From Torpedo marmorata (Eukaryota), in assembly GCA_977017645.1 (NCBI GenBank), contig OZ360225.1, positions 124,372,001 through 124,436,000 of the forward strand: DNA of 64,000 bases. The letters run 5' to 3'. The position numbers and the translations under genes are program-made. Below the pieces are notes generated by a model, which was not told where the DNA came from, did not search any database, and worked only from the letters and a program-made list of their open reading frames with translations. Each line of letters starts with the position of its first letter. Position 1 is the first letter of the stretch. Positions 8,184-20,488 of this stretch are shown here, one piece after another.

Positions 8184-9915
8184 TCAGAATCAGAATCAGA
8201 ATTTATTGTCATGAACAAGTCATGAAATTCGGTGTTTTGCGGCAGCATCATAGTGCAAACATTCATATTATAACCATCTTACGACATTACTATAAAAATA
8301 TATATAAAAATAATAGTGCAAGAAAAGTAAGGCAGTGTCTTTGGTTCATTGCTTATTCAGGAATCTGATGGCAGTGGGGAAGAAGCTGTCCTTGTGCCAT
8401 TGAGTGCTCATCTTTAGGCTCCTGTACCTTTTTCCCGATGGTAGCAGAGTGAAGAGGGCATGGCCTGGGTGGTGTGGGTCTTTGAGGATAGAGGCTGCAT
8501 TTTTAAGACACCACCTCATGTAGATGTCCTCGATGGAGTGAAGTTTGGTGCCTGTGATGTCACAGGCCGAGTTAACAACCTTCTGGAGTTTACTCTTGTC
8601 CTGGGAGTTGGCGCCTCCATACCAGGCAGTGATGCAACCAGCCAGAATGCTCTCCACGGTACACCTGTAGAAGTTTACGAGAGTCTTCGGTGACATACCG
8701 AATCTCCTCAGACACCTCACAAAGTATAGCCGCTGGCGAGCCTTCTTTGTGATTGCATCAACGTGGAGGCTCCAGGACAGATCTTTGGAGATGTTGACAC
8801 CCAGGAATTTGAAGTTCTTGACCCTCTCCACTACTGAGCCCTCGATGAGGACTGGGTCGTGTTCCCCTGACTTTCTCCTGAGGTCCACAATCATCTCCTT
8901 GGTTTTGCTGACATTGAGCGCAAGGTTGTTGTTGTTACACCATTCAACGAGCTGATCTATCTCCCTCCTGTATGCTTCCTCATTGCCGATTGTGATTCTT
9001 CCGACAACTGTGGTGTCATCGGCAAACTTGTAGATGGCATTGGAGTTGTGCCTGGCCACACAGTCATAGGTGTATAATGAGTAGAGCAGTGGGCTAAGCA
9101 CACATCCTTGGGGTGCGCCTATGTTGATAATCAGTGAGGAGGAGACGTTGTTTCCAATTCGTTCTGACTGTGGTCTTCCGATGAGAAAGTCAAGGATCCA
9201 GATGCAGAGGGGGGTACAGAGGCCTAGTGTTTGTAGCTTCTTGACCAGCTCTGAGGGAATAATGGTATTGAAGGCCAAGCTGTAGTCGATGAAGAGCAGC
9301 CGTATGTATGAATTGCTGTTTTCGAGGTGATCCAGAGCTGAGTGGAGAGCCAGCGATATTGCATCTGCTGTGGAGCGATTGTGATGATAGGCGAATTGTA
9401 GTGGGTCCAGATCTTTGCTTAGGTACGTGTTAATTCTGGCCATGACCAGCCTCTCAAAGCATTTCATCACAGTAGAAGTTAGTGCGACTGGGCGGTAGTC
9501 GTTGAGGCAGCTCACACTACTCTTCTTGGGTACCGGGTTTAAAGAAAACCCCAAGGCATTCTACTGTTATGGACCATGACTGACCATTTGGACTGTGGAC
9601 GGTCAGCAGGAAGGATGAAGTCTTTTGGAGTATACACTGGGACCATTGAGGCAGCCCACACTACTCTTCTTGGGTACCAGGATGACTGATGCCCTTTTGA
9701 AGCAGGTGGGAACCTCTGACTGCCGCAATGAGAGGTTGAAAATGTCCGTGAACACTCCGGCTAGTTTGTTGGCGCAGATTTTCAGTACCCTGCCAGGTAC
9801 GCCGTCAGGGCCTGATGCCTTGCGAGGGTTCACTCTCTTGAATGATGTTCTGACGTCGCCCTCAGAGACAGATATCACAGGGTCCTCAGCCTTTTCAGGG
9901 ATTCTAGTAGGCACT
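8184..9915 (-). mobile_element. 5'-truncated Rex1/Babar LINE with an almost open RT frame (8346..9534) and an (ATTCTG)n tail
   Basis: [62 protein letters not shown]; the 3' end is TGACAATAAA plus ATTCTG repeats. The upstream part at 9646..9915 encodes RKASGPDGVPGR. Confidence 0.93.
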
Positions 9916-10639
9916 TGAGCCCACGGCTGACAAATAATCATTTCAGTGGAGGCTCTTTGTGTTAATTTTGTTGCTCTTTGTGTCAATTTTATTGGATGCT
10001 TGTACATATCTGTGGTCACACCGGCTGTCAAATTGTGAGGGATGTTGGCATATGCAACTCTAAAGTTGCTTTAGGCATGAAGAGTAGGCAGACCATGGTG
10101 TCAATCAGAATGAAACACTGACTTAATAACACCTCTGTCAAATTGTAACATAAAAATGCAGCCGTTGCCACGTGTTCAACGTACAGTACATAAGGATTCA
10201 TGAGCAAGAAGTATCTCATACTCGAATCTATAAATATGATCGTTATTTATATTTTGTTTGCTGATTGATTGATTAAGTATTACTTGAATCATTCACTAGT
10301 GGCTCTCTGAAGAAGATGTTAAGGTTTATATTATCTTGTGGCAGGTAATGAAGGAGATTGTGCTGACTGCAAGGCATCTGCAACAATCAGCTGATCGTAG
10401 ACAAGCGATTCTCCTCAGTGGAGAGTGATTGGGAGAATGAGGAAAGGCGTGCAAAGTAGAGGAATGAGGGAAGAGGAGGAGGAGAAAAAATTGAGCCCAA
10501 ATCCACAACGATCCAGTATATTCAAGAACTAATTCTCCTCTGGAAATCTATTCACTGTGAAGTGAGGTCTTTGTGCTTCGATTAAAAACTCTTCACTGAC
10601 ATAGGCCACATTTTGCAGCAAAAATTCTGACTGCAAAGC

Positions 10640-11620
10640 CACAAACATTGCCAATATTAATTAAGGATAAAGCTGTCATCTTCCTCAACATCTTCTACAA
10701 TCCCAGTGTCTGCAGATTTTCCTGTTTGTCTTCTATGTATCAGGCTGGCTGTGGATCCCAGTGTGTCATAGTCTGTTGCATTCAGAAGATCACAGACCTT
10801 TGCTGTTTCCAGAGAACTGAATGCTTATCATTTACTTTATCAGATAGCAGCAGCTGGAGAGAGCACAAAGTGTTGTCTTCATTATGGCAGACCCATGCCA
10901 AAGAATGCCATTGATTGCACATTGCTGCACTACAGACATTATGGTGTACTGCAACTGGAAGGAAATCCAGTCATTGCTGTGTGATTATTCACAGCACAGC
11001 ACACAGGTCAATTCCTGATTTATGGCATCAGTTGTGATGTTGTGACTGCTTACAATGCCTCCATGACAAAGACACGGTTGTTTCTGGGCTACAAAAATTA
11101 TTTACTAACCATATGCCATCGGGTTATAGAGAGATGCAGCACAGAAGTAGGCCTGTTGTCCCATCACTTCTGTACCGACCATTCACTCTAATCCTGCAAT
11201 TTGTTCTCCCCACATTCCCCACAGATTCTATCATTCACCTACATACCTGGAGAAATCTACAGGAGTAAATTAGCCTACCAGTTCATGTCTTTGGGAGGTG
11301 GGAGGAAAATGGAGCAGCTAGGGGAAACCCACCTCCAAACAACGTCAGCAATGGATATCAGCAGTGAAGTCGAATCAATGGAACTGAGAGGCAACAGCTG
11401 CACCACTGTACAGCCCCTGGTCTGGAGGAGTCTGGAGTACGCAGCAGATCAGGACCATGATGTGTGATGGTGTGCTGCACATTAAACATCCTCATCACCA
11501 TTAATGTTCAGGCTTTGTCACCAGCTCTGCAACAGCAGAAGCTGGGACACGAGGCGGTGGAAACGGAAGAGGAAGAGAAAGCAAGGAGGCAACCTTGGAG
11601 GAGGATCTACAAAGGTACTG
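10640..11620 (+). mobile_element. Highly decayed PIF/Harbinger-like transposase remnant, interrupted by a SINE
   Basis: Fragmentary motifs LNIF..., NAIDCT, YCNWK and MVCCTLN resemble Harbinger GAIDCTH / NRKG / CCxLHN, followed by an acidic tail. Many indels. Confidence 0.45.
11125..11410 (-). mobile_element. V-SINE/HE1-like SINE
   Basis: GGGAGGTGGGAGGAAAATGGAGCAGCTAGGGGAAACCCAC resembles the reverse of the V-domain; similar to the copies at 21.9, 22.5 and 24.9 kb. Confidence 0.6.
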
Positions 11621-12624
11621 CAATTACTTGCTCGGGCTGCTCAGACAACACTTCCCCAGCCTGCATGGACATGGGTGGTCTGCACATGGGTGCACGAGGT
11701 TCCCCTCCAGGTCACTCATCCTCCTGACTTGAAGAATGTCAATCATGCAATTCTCTCCCCAGCTGCAAAGTGAGTGAACCTTCACCAGAAGGTGTTGCTG
11801 AAGTTCAAGAGGTAACTCACCACCAATTTCTCAAGGGCAATTATAGATGGGGAATAAATGCTGACTTTGCCATCAAAGTCGTGATCTGGAAAATAAATTA
11901 AAATATCTAGATGGTTCCTTTCTAGTTATGTGGCCTGTTGCCAATTCATCTGGCTGTGCTGCTGATGAATGCAACCGTGAATTTCCATGCAGACCCAGTT
12001 AACCAGATTACCAAAATTTTATCCCAAACATAAAATATAGATCAAACCGTGTCAAACACCATACAGGTTTCCTGGTGTAGGACTGTTTGGTTTAAGGAAA
12101 TTCTCATTTGAAGAATTTACCAACCATTACCCAACATTTTAAGATATGGAACGAAATTCACTCTCATGGAATTTATATGAAGAAAAGTAAATAATCACAA
12201 AACTATTTTGTTTCAACTCATATTTCTTGCTGCATGTGCAAATGATGTGGCTTCAGATTGTGGGAAATAGTGATCATGGATGTTTTCTAGAATGGCAATC
12301 CACTACAGGAGTTGTCTGTAATTATGTCAACCTATCTCCCTTGTGTTTTCCATTAGAGCCTGTCTCTGGTGTACCTTTGTCATTTGAAGCTTCTACGGAG
12401 TACTTGCCTTTTGATGAGGTAAAATTGGTCTATTGAGTTTTCGTGAAGGAGATTTCAGATGACTTTGCATGACAACTTTAAGAAACTCTGGGGGCTGGAA
12501 GATCAAGCTTTAGGCCGCTCCTTCTTAGAAGCAGGAGCAACAGTCTGATTGGCAGGTGAGACATGGCATTGATGGAGACATTACAGTGGAATTGTCAGTA
12601 CCTCACTAACTTATATCTCATGAA

Positions 12625-12955
12625 ACTACGACAAAAATCAATTTGCTAGATGAACTCAGTGGGTCAAACAGCATCTATGGAGGTAAAGAAATTGTCGACC
12701 CTTCGAGTCGGAACCCTGCATCAGGATTAAGAGTGTAGATGGAATAGAGGGAAGTCATTCATTTGGCTGTGCTGCCAATGAATACTAAACCCAATTCCCC
12801 TTTTAGCCACATTCCCGAGGCTAACTTAGTACCAGTGCAGGGTCCCGACCCAAAACACCAACTACCTCCACAGATGCTGCTTGATCAGCTGAATTTCTCC
12901 AGCAATTATTTTTTCTGCTCCAAATTCCAACATCTGCAGTCCTTTGTGCCCCCTT
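12625..12955. mobile_element. Inverted pair of Penelope-like terminal repeats
   Basis: TGCTAGATGAACTCAGTGGGTCAAACAGCATCTATGGAGG is mirrored by CCTCCACAGATGCTGCTTGATCAGCTGAATTTCTCCAGCA. Confidence 0.6.
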
Positions 12956-13709
12956 GAAACTACTGGAGTGGTGATTCAGTCTCCTTGAAATGTAACAGGT
13001 GTGAATGACAGCCCATAACCTCATGAACACTGACACCAGTAACAGATTGAACTTTCATAAAAATTGTTGCAAAAACCCATCTGGTTCTCTTCAGAGAATG
13101 AAATATGCTTTCATTATCTGGCTTGGCCTTCATGTGACTTCAGACCCATCATCATGGTGGCCATTAATTATCTCCTTAGTTCATCAGCATTTACAGAAGG
13201 ACATTAAATTCTGCCATTGCCAGCAATGTCTGTGCGCAAACAAATTAAAATAAAGCACACCAAAGACTTCCAAAGATTGCCTGCAGCCCAATGTTTCCAA
13301 GGCTGTTGCTTCACCCGAATCCAAGTATAAACCATTAAGCTACAGATCATCCAACAATTGCACAACTTATAAAAAAGGTTTTCATTAAGTAAATTAATTC
13401 AACAATTTCATTGGATAGGAAATTTGCATGTCAAACCGGTAAAATACTTTACATCACTCCAGAAGTTTTGAGTGTCACTCCAACATTGATGTAACTTGAA
13501 GATAAAAGGGACTCCAGATACTGGAATCTGGAACAAAAAACAGAATTCTGGAAGAACTCAACAGGTCAAGCAACATCAACTGAGGCAAACAGTGCATGTT
13601 GATGTTCTTCCACCCAGTGTTCCATTATGCACTGTCATTTGTTTCTGGTTACCCCACTCTCTATTTGACTTATGCAGATAGCTTTCACCTATATTAGTTC
13701 TATATTGAC

Positions 13710-13985
13710 AAATAGAACATTACAGCGTATTATAGACCCTTTGGCCAAAAGTTGTGCTGACTGATGTGAACCTACTCCACAACAATCTAAACCTTCCCTA
13801 CCTCACCCATAATCTTCTATTTTTCTTACATTTATGTTTCTATCTAAGAGTCTTCTGAATGTCCCTATTGTACCAGCCTGCACCACCACCCCTGGCAATG
13901 CATTCCAGGCACCAACCACTCTCTGGCCTCTGACGTCTCTCCTAAATTTTCCACCACTCACCTTAAATAGAGGACCTTCTTGCTA
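13710..13985 (-). mobile_element. CR1-like 3' end fragment
   Basis: ATAGAACATTACAGC...CCACCACCCCTGGCAATGCATTCCAGGCACC is the typical reverse CR1 3' end. Confidence 0.6.
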
Positions 13986-14109
13986 ATGTTGCCCCAGGTA
14001 AGAGCTACTCTCCCAGGTCTAGAATTCTCTGCCTACCCTCCTATATTTCCTCCCATTTGCTTCAGACAATATTTCCAAAAATTGTAAATCAAAGAACTCC
14101 AAATGTTGT

Positions 14110-14610
14110 AAATCATGAAGTGCCCAGATAGAAGATGAAGAGCAGCATCCCATTTTCCATCCGGGTATGTTGCAGCCTTTGGGCTTCAATATCAAATTCT
14201 ACAACTTCAGCTAACTCGCTCTTTCTGCTTGTATCATAACTGCCCACTTCTATGCAAGGTTTACTGTAATTTTAACTCCGTTTTTTCCCCTTCACAGGCA
14301 CTGCCTGACAGCTAGGCATTTTCACTATTCACCTTTTCCCCTGAGTCCTCGGTAACAGTTTCTGACCTGCATTTCATTGTTTTAGTAGATCCCTTTGTTT
14401 TCTCTCTGACTTCCTTCATTAATCTATTAACCTGGACAACCTTGGTCTTACCCAATTAGAAATATTCCTTTTATCCTATCCACTTCTCCCCTATCTTATT
14501 TGCAACTTAAAACTAACTTGTTTCCTCACTTTCCCAGTTCTGACGAAGGATCTTCAATATGAAATGTTAATTTTGATTATCATTACACAAATGCTGCTTG
14601 ACCTGCTATG
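14110..14610 (+). mobile_element. Penelope-like 3' region (GIY-YIG C-terminus and terminal repeat)
   Basis: EEQHPIF...LQPLGFNIKFYNF-like coding, then CTGACGAAGGATC...GAAATGTT...ATGCTGCTTGACCTGCT. Confidence 0.6.
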
Positions 14611-14611
14611 T

Positions 14612-15013
14612 TTTTCCACTATATATTCCTCCTCCCCATCGATGTGATCTACTGGGATCATTGTCTGAAGAGGGTGTGCAAAATCATTGAGGACCCCTTC
14701 ATCTTTCAGCTGTTCCCGTCGGGGAAGAGATACAGGAGTATCAGAGCCAGCACCACCAGGCTGAGGAACAGCTTTTTCCCATGGGCAGTGAGAATGCTGA
14801 AAGACCAAAGGAATTGCTCACACTAACCATCCTAGACTCTCATATGTACAAAACAATATTTATTTATTTATTTGTTTTGATGAAATACTTGTTTGTCTGT
14901 GTGTGTGTTACGTCTGGTTGTGTGTCTGCATGTTTTGCACCGAGGACCGGAGAACGCTGTTTCATCGGGTTGTACTTGTACAATCAGATGACAATAAACT
15001 TGACTTGACTTGA
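14612..15013 (+). mobile_element. Rex1/Babar 3' end with a (TGACT)n tail
   Basis: [30 protein letters not shown]; ends TGACAATAAACTTGACTTGACTTGA. Confidence 0.88.
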
Positions 15014-15529
15014 CATATCATCTCCTATTTTATCCTGTCTTCAGTGATCTCACTTAACATTTCTTCTTGCGATGTAATTGTGACATTAACATGATTTAAT
15101 GGCAGTGTAAAAGTTAGAAACATTAATACATCATTGCCCAATAAACAAACCCATCCTTGCTTGTGTCACGTAAAATGTATGTAAAATTATTTTGTACATG
15201 ATTTAGTGTCATTGCACCATTTCTGCTAAAAGTTCCAATAATCAGGAAATTGGACCAGGTTCTATTGCATGTCAATCCCTTGGCATCATTCGAATGCATA
15301 ATAAATCATCAATATGCGTAATGGTCACTTCTTCAACAACAGTTTAAATTGGTGGAAAATGAGCAACACATAATTGGCATTTTTCACTCACAGTACAATA
15401 CAGAGATAACCATACATGAATTCAAGTCTCCCTGCTTTGCTTCCTCATTTTGCAACTGATCAGTTTTGTGTGTGAATACTTTCAACAGCTTTTCAGTGCA
15501 AAACCATCTACAGGATGCACTGCTGCAAC

Positions 15530-15850
15530 TCATGAAGACTCCTTAACAGCATCTTCCAAATCCATGAACCCCAGAAGGACAAGTGCAGAAAACCATGAGT
15601 ACACCACCATCAGAAAGTTGTTCGAAAAGGCACAGACCACCCTGACTTGGCAATAAGTGGTTGTTCCTTCACCATCACTGGGTCAAAAGCCTGGAACTCC
15701 CTCAATAACAGCATTGTGGGTATACCCACATCTCAAGTACTGCAGTGGTTCAAGAAGGCAGCTCATCGCCACCTTATCAATGCAATTAGGGATTGGCCAT
15801 TAAATGCTGGCTGAGTCTACGAAGCCAAAATCCCTCGAGTGAATTTAAAA
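15530..15850 (+). mobile_element. CR1/L2-like 3' end
   Basis: GGGTCAAAAGCCTGGAACTCCCT...GTGGTTCAAGAAGGCAGCTCA...TAAATGCTGG; the same tail is seen at 11790..11900 and 17325..17420. Confidence 0.55.
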
Positions 15851-16219
15851 AAAATGGCCAGACTTAATTAGGAAAGCAGTAAAACATGAAAGTCTGCAGA
15901 CACCGTGGTTGAAGTAAAAACACAATGCTGGAGAAACTCAGCAGGTCAAACAGTGTACTTTACATAGTAAAGATAAAGATACATAACCGACGTTTCAGGT
16001 ATGGAAAAATGTCAGCAGGAGTCTGAAACAGCAGTTATAACTTCCTCCTGAGATCTCCAGCAGCACAGAAGCCAGTCACCAGCAAATTTAATCACCCCAT
16101 TTTATATTAAGGAACAGATAAGAGTACTGTATATAGCAAAGATAACGGGACTAGACAGCTCCCAGTTGTAGCACTGAAAACCTGCATTCCAAAACTTGCT
16201 GCACCAATTTGTTCCAGTG

Positions 16220-17150
16220 CATTTATAATATTGGCATCTACCCAACAAGGAGGAATATTGTCCAGGTATGTCCTGTCTGGAAAAAAGCAAATCAAATCCA
16301 GTTTGGCCAATTACTGCCCTATCAGTTGTCTCTCAATCATCAGTGAAGTGTTGGAAGCGGTTGTCAATAGTGTCATCAAATAGCACTTACTCACTAATCA
16401 TCTCTTCGTTGATGTTCAGTTTGCTTTTGATAGACCCCAGACTCATCACGGCTTAAGTCCAAACGTGGGCCAAAGAGTTGAATTTTACAGGAGAGGTGAG
16501 ATGACTGACCCTGGCCCCGGTACAACTGAAGTCAATGGGTATCAAAGGGAAAGTGCTCCAATAGTGATGTGAATGTTGGAGGTTAATCATCCCAACTCCA
16601 GATTATAGCTGCAGGAGTTTCTCAGGACAGTGTCCTCAGCCCAACTATCTTAGCTGCTTTTGATTATAAGATCATAAGTGGGGATATTCATTCAAAGGTA
16701 TTATTATTCCCGAGTCCCCTGGTGATCACCACTGATGAGAGACTTAACTGGACTAGCCACATGGAGAAGTTACAAGAGCAGGTCATTCTGGGTATCATGT
16801 GGTGAGCAACTCACCTCTGACACTCAATGCCTTCCTACATACAGTCTGCAGGGCACAAGTCAGAGTCTAATGGAATTCTCTCGATTTGCTTGAATATGTG
16901 TAGAGCCAATAACTCTCAATAAGCTTGATTGCAATCGGGAATAAAAGCAGCCTGTTTGATTTGCACCCCATCAACTACCCAACCCTTTCATTCTATTTTC
17001 CATTGCCACAACATGGTTGCAGTGAATATCATTCGCAAAATGCACTGCAGTTACCCATACACCTCCCAAGCCCATCTTTATCTCAAACCAGAACAAGGGC
17101 ATCAGGGAAATGGGAATAACATCACCTGTAGGTTTCCCTCCAAGTCACAT
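16220..17150 (+). mobile_element. Decayed CR1/L2-type RT fragment
   Basis: ANYCPISCLSIISEVLE, AGVSQDSVLSP and LNWTSH remnants. Confidence 0.6.
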
Positions 17151-17454
17151 ATAAAGTTTGAAAAACATTTCAACAGGAACAGGAAAGGTTGAGTACTAAA
17201 TGGGCCAAATGTAGGCAGATGGCACTCGCTCAGATGACAACTTGGCTGGCATGGATGAGTTGGGCTGGTGGGCCTGTTTACATGCTCTACGATATCATCC
17301 TAACATGGATATATGTTATAGGTTCTTCATCACTACTGGATATAAATCCTGGAATTCCCTGCCCATCAGCACTGTGGGAGCACCTTCGATATCAAGGAGA
17401 GACAATAAATGCTGGTGCAGATTCCAAAAATGAATTCATAAACAGTCTGAGAAC

Positions 17455-17815
17455 AGTGATGGTGTAGTGGTTAATTTACTGTACAAATGATCTGGAGGCC
17501 TGGACTAAAACATCCAAAGATCTGATTTCAAATTCCACAATGACTGGTGTGGATTTTAAATTCAGTTTATATACTAATATTAAAGAAAATGCCTCGTGAT
17601 GAATAATGCAGACTACAAGCACCTGGATTGTCATAGAAAAACATGATTTTCTGACATTTTTGGGAGAGGAACTTTGCTATCCTTACTTGGTCTTGTTTGT
17701 ACATAATTCCATGTTGTTGGCTCTTATGTGCTCTCTGAATTGACCCAGTAAGCTACTCATTTCAAGGGAATAGGCAATGAATATGGACTTTTCCAGTGAT
17801 GGCACAATTCTGAAA
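17455..17815 (+). mobile_element. Ancient tRNA-derived SINE
   Basis: GGTGTAGTGGTTAA (A-box-like) and TTTCAAATTCCAC (B-box-like), followed by a body and a LINE-like tail. Confidence 0.45.
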
Positions 17816-18189
17816 AACAAATTAAAAAAAGCAAACACTAGCATTTGTTAAAATACTATTTTAGATGTATCTGAAAATGATAATCAGACTGTACTGGTAA
17901 ACTGACTGAAGTGGAAATGCGATCAGGATAAGGGAGAAAATTGTGATCTTCTTCTAAGGTAATACAGATTAAAATCTTATTCCCATCCATTCCACCTTTT
18001 CTGCATTGTCTCACTGTCACATCTTTCTCCAGATTAGTCTGCACTCCAACTTATTCTCTTTATTATTTTTCTGCTGCCTTCATTCTCTCGTTTGCTTAAT
18101 CACCTATTCTTCATCTTCCCTCGCCAAACTGTTCCATCTCCAGAATTTTTTAATGGATTTCTCTTCATTTAGAAAACTCCCTGATTTGC

Positions 18190-18560
18190 TGCTTGGCATT
18201 AATATCGACTTCTCTGGCTTTCGTTAAACCCCCCCCCCCCCCCACTTCTTTCCCCATCGCCTTCCCCCAGCTCCGTCTCTCCCTTTTCCCTGTCTCCTTT
18301 CACACAGACATGATAAATTCTCACCTCTCCCCTTATCATATCTAATTAACACCTTTTTTTTGGTCTGGATTCCTGCCCCAACCAGCATTGTCTGAATTCT
18401 GAGATTTCCCGCTTCTGGCTCATTCTGCTTATTCCTTGAGGCCCGAAACGTCAGCAATATATCTTTGTCTCCTATAGACGCTGAAAAGACCGGCTGAGTT
18501 CCTCCAGCATTTCGGTGTTTTTACTACAATCACAGCGTCTGCAGACTTTCCGGTTTCACT
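18190..18560 (+). mobile_element. Penelope-like 3' end
   Basis: GINIDFSGF (GIY-YIG C-terminus, as at 53886), then GGCCCGAAACGTC...GCTGAGTTCCTCCAGCA...TCTGCAGACTTTC. Confidence 0.75.
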
Positions 18561-19125
18561 CGGACGAGAATGATTGCTTCCCTCTGTTTAATCTCTTACT
18601 TTTCTAAAACAGTTCCTCTTTTCTCATTTGTTCCATTTTCTCTATTTTTTTTGAGCTATCCATTTGATTTTGATTTTCTTCCTGATTGACTATTCTTCTC
18701 CCTTTGAATTCGTTTCCAGATTAGCCATCTACCCATGTAATAGATTACCACTTATTGTCCTGTTTGCCAAATTGCTTCCTTTAATTTGCCCCCTTCCCCC
18801 TTTTCTGAATTGCCCCCCTTTTGGAAAATACCATATCCTGCCCGTCTTTGTTCATTTCTTCTTCATTGTTTATTCTGGCAAGATCCTCTTTCTTGCCTTA
18901 CATCCTTGTTATCTTTGATCCTGGACTACACAAATTCTTTACTTTTTATTCCCCCTCCCCCCACCATTTTCATTACCTCTTTCTTACAGGAGTCATTTAT
19001 TTATTTTGTGTTCGGCTCTCTGGATGCTCCACTGTTTCTTCAGGTTAACGTCGTCAATGTCCCTTTTTGGGGAGTGAGCTCAAGGTATAGCCTTTATTCA
19101 GAACTACAGCCCTTTGAGTGAGTTT

Positions 19126-19211
19126 GCCCCCCTCCTCCTCTTCCCTCCCCCCTCTTCCCTCTTCCCCCTCTCCCCTCTCCCCCCTCTTCCCCCTCTCCCC
19201 TCTTCCCCCTC
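19126..19211. repeat. Pure polypyrimidine/polypurine tract upstream of the promoter
   Basis: About 85 nt of C/T only (CCCCTCTT/CCCCTCT units). Confidence 0.85.
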
Positions 19212-19339
19212 GTATTTTTTTTTACTTGCCCTTGCCTGGAATCTGGAATGTCCCCTTTGGTAGATTGCTACCCACTCCCTCCCCGAGTTCCTATTTCTTA
19301 AATTGTCAATTTTTTCAATTAATGTTTTTTTTTTCTTCA

Positions 19340-19920
19340 ATTGCAGCGGCGACTTGTTGCTTTGCTCACTCTGTGTCTTCACTGGACTGCCTCTTCATTC
19401 AGTGACCGCCAGCCCACCCTGTGTGTGGACGCCGCCCTGTGCTGTGCCCGAGGACGGCGGGGTCGGGCCGGACCGACACGTCACTCTGCTCCAGATAAAG
19501 GCGCAGCAGCGAGTGCGCTCCCGCAGCGCAGAGCACCAGCAACACCTGCAACCACTGACCCGGCCAACCTCTCCTTGTGTCCACCGCAAAACAAAACGAC
19601 ACGAAGGCTCCCTCTTTTCCGCATCCAGCCCGGTTGTGAGGGCGGTGAAGGTAAGTGTCCGGGCTGTTTCCCCTCTCTAACTCTCCGGGCACAGGCTCTG
19701 CTCTCCCTCTGTCCGATTAGAAGCGGACGGACCGATGCTGATCGCGGAGCTGGCTGGCCCTGGCCAGGATTCCGTACAGCGGGCAGTGGGTCGGCCTCCC
19801 AGGCACACCTGCAACCAGCTCTCGCCAGTGCACGGGCAGGATATCACTCAGGTCAATGCACGGCGACCTGATCTGCCCGCTCTTTAGTTTTAATAGGTTA
19901 TAAATCAATGTTCACAGCCG
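19340..19920 (+). promoter_or_regulatory. CRISPLD1: GC/CpG-rich promoter region of CRISPLD1
   Basis: Repeat-free CpG-rich island upstream of the first coding exon, with GC boxes (GGCGGGG ~19456), an E-box/CRE-like CACGTCA and a TATA-like GATAAAG (~19494). Confidence 0.65.
19520..19650 (+). other. CRISPLD1: Probable non-coding exon 1 (5' UTR); start approximate
   Basis: Consensus donor AAG|GTAAGT at 19650/19651; downstream acceptor TTCCTCATTGCAG| at 20084. Confidence 0.65.
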
Positions 19921-20149
19921 CCGTTTGATTGGATGTGGACATTTACTAGCGTCCTAGTTCGTCTCCATGACAACTCAAGCGGCACACTTTCCTTCCTGTT
20001 TATGTGTTGTTACTTGTGTATATTTAGTTAAACTGATGTACTAAGCTCTTTAACCTACAAACAGCATGTTCTTCCTCATTGCAGTCTCGTAGTTGGAGAG
20101 CAGTTGAGTATCTTGGAGATAATCCCAGTGGGTTCCGGGGTCATCCATC

Positions 20150-20488
20150 ATGAAGGGTGCAGAATTTGAATGGAAAAGATTGACTGCTCTACTGTTCGTT
20201 GCCCAAGCCGCTGTTGCGATTATGAACCCCAACATTACTTCAGAACTGGATGCAATGCTAGCAACGTTTCTGGAAGATGGTGAAGAACGCGGGGCAACAG
20301 GAACAAACCTTGAAGCAACTGGTAGTTTAGATTCAATCAAATCCAATTATACGAATCCAAATGAACCACCCAGGACTTCCAGAAGAGCTAAAAGATCTAT
20401 CACAGATAACGATAGACAAATAATTTTGGATCTGCACAATAAATTGAGAAGTCAAGTGTCACCAAGTGCATCTAATATGGAATATATG
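20150..20488 (+). CDS. CRISPLD1: CRISPLD1 exon 2 (signal peptide, pro-region, RRAKR furin-like site, CAP start)
   Basis: MKGAEFEWKRLTALLFVAQAAVA...RRAKRSITDNDRQIILDLHNKLRSQVSPSASNMEYM|GTAAGT; the exon starts at 20085. Confidence 0.95.

Noticed and set aside
8346-9554. Autonomous LINE or domesticated RT gene
   Set aside because: 5'-truncated with no endonuclease; the ORF start derives from a foreign insert.
19118-19871. Overlapping 95-176 aa ORFs in the promoter region
   Set aside because: Low-complexity or GC-rich stop-poor sequence with no domain; a consensus splice donor at 19651 points to a non-coding exon.
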